Source: Nannocystales bacterium
GTDB taxonomy: Bacteria > Myxococcota_A > Polyangia > Nannocystales > Nannocystaceae
Assembly: GCA_050633305.1 (NCBI GenBank)
Contig: JBOEGF010000009.1
Coordinates: 164,571-228,570 of the forward strand
Reading direction: 5' to 3'
Length of the DNA stretch: 64,000 nucleotides
Positions 63,548-64,000 of the stretch are shown piece after piece. How positions within the stretch are numbered: the first letter of the stretch is position 1; every line of letters starts with the position of its first letter. The notes under the pieces are model-generated. The model made no database searches, was not told the DNA's origin, and saw nothing but the letters and a program-made list of their open reading frames with translations. A program made the translations under genes and the position numbers.

Positions 63548-64000
63548 TCAGTCTTTCGGCACGCCTTCGAGGACCTGGCCGATGCAGTCGTCGATCGAAA
63601 TGCCCTCGGCTTCTCCCTCGAAGTTGAGGATGACGCGGTGTCGAAGCGCGGGCAGGGCGACCGCCTTGACGTCGTCGGTGCTCGGGGAGCGGCCGTGCAA
63701 CGAGGCCCGGATACGGGCGGCGAGCAGGATGGACTGGGCACCCCGTGGGCTGCCGCCAAACCGGACGTAGCGCTTGACCAGCTCGGGCGCGCGGGCGTCA
63801 TCGGGGTGGGTCGCCCGCAGGACTCGAACCACGTAGCGGGTGAGGCTCTCGGTCACGGGCATCGCCCGGACCAGTGCTCGCATCTCCAGGAGTCGCTCGC
63901 CATTGACGACGGGCTTGACGTCTGTGTGGTGCGTGCCGGTGGTGCGGTCGAGGATCTGCATGAGGTCGTCCTCCGTGGGGAAGTTGACCTGAATCTTGTA
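63548..64000 (-). CDS. MoxR family AAA+ ATPase (C-terminal part; truncated by the window end)
   Basis: YKIQVNFP, GGSPRG, ALRHRVILNFEGEAEG; lies upstream of DUF58. Confidence 0.9.
   Translation of the reverse strand, partial: YKIQVNFPTEDDLMQILDRTTGTHHTDVKPVVNGERLLEMRALVRAMPVTESLTRYVVRVLRATHPDDARAPELVKRYVRFGGSPRGAQSILLAARIRASLHGRSPSTDDVKAVALPALRHRVILNFEGEAEGISIDDCIGQVLEGVPKD

Noticed and set aside
57806..64000. MoxR-DUF58-BatA/VWA-VWA operon as a novel system
   Set aside because: This is a widespread, already described MoxR/VWA gene arrangement, and nothing atypical is visible here.

Overview
High-GC bacterial chromosome segment, most likely from a myxobacterium of the Nannocystaceae/Polyangiales type. 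This is inferred from a MYXO-CTERM protein, myxobacterial Cys-rich repeats and many lipoproteins with T/S/G/D-rich linkers. The window holds about 50 densely packed genes and one tRNA-Pro(CGG); I saw no CRISPR array, rRNA, integrase or transposase. Recognisable genes include a second type IIA topoisomerase pair (parC/parE-like), lysC, ald, an agmatinase, kptA, an RlmI-like methyltransferase, an HMG-CoA synthase, SulP, CvfB, a two-permease RND system and a MoxR-DUF58-BatA/VWA-VWA operon. Four observations stand out. (1) An ECF sigma/anti-sigma/Cys-rich lipoprotein/outer-membrane-protein operon faces a hyper-acidic Cys-repeat lipoprotein across two mirror-image copies of the same bipartite motif (CCTGTAATCT-N16-ACGGACTCG), probably the cognate promoter. 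(2) An unannotated cluster at 21.6-26.4 kb encodes a signal-less, archaemetzincin-like zinc protein followed by two paralogous partner proteins, one cytoplasmic and one lipoprotein, resembling an effector/double-immunity module. (3) A 159-bp MITE-like element with long inverted repeats is flanked by CTAG, and one CTAG is the stop codon of the adjacent gene. (4) A degenerate signal-peptidase-II (LspA-like) homologue. All family assignments were made by eye from motifs; no database searches were run.
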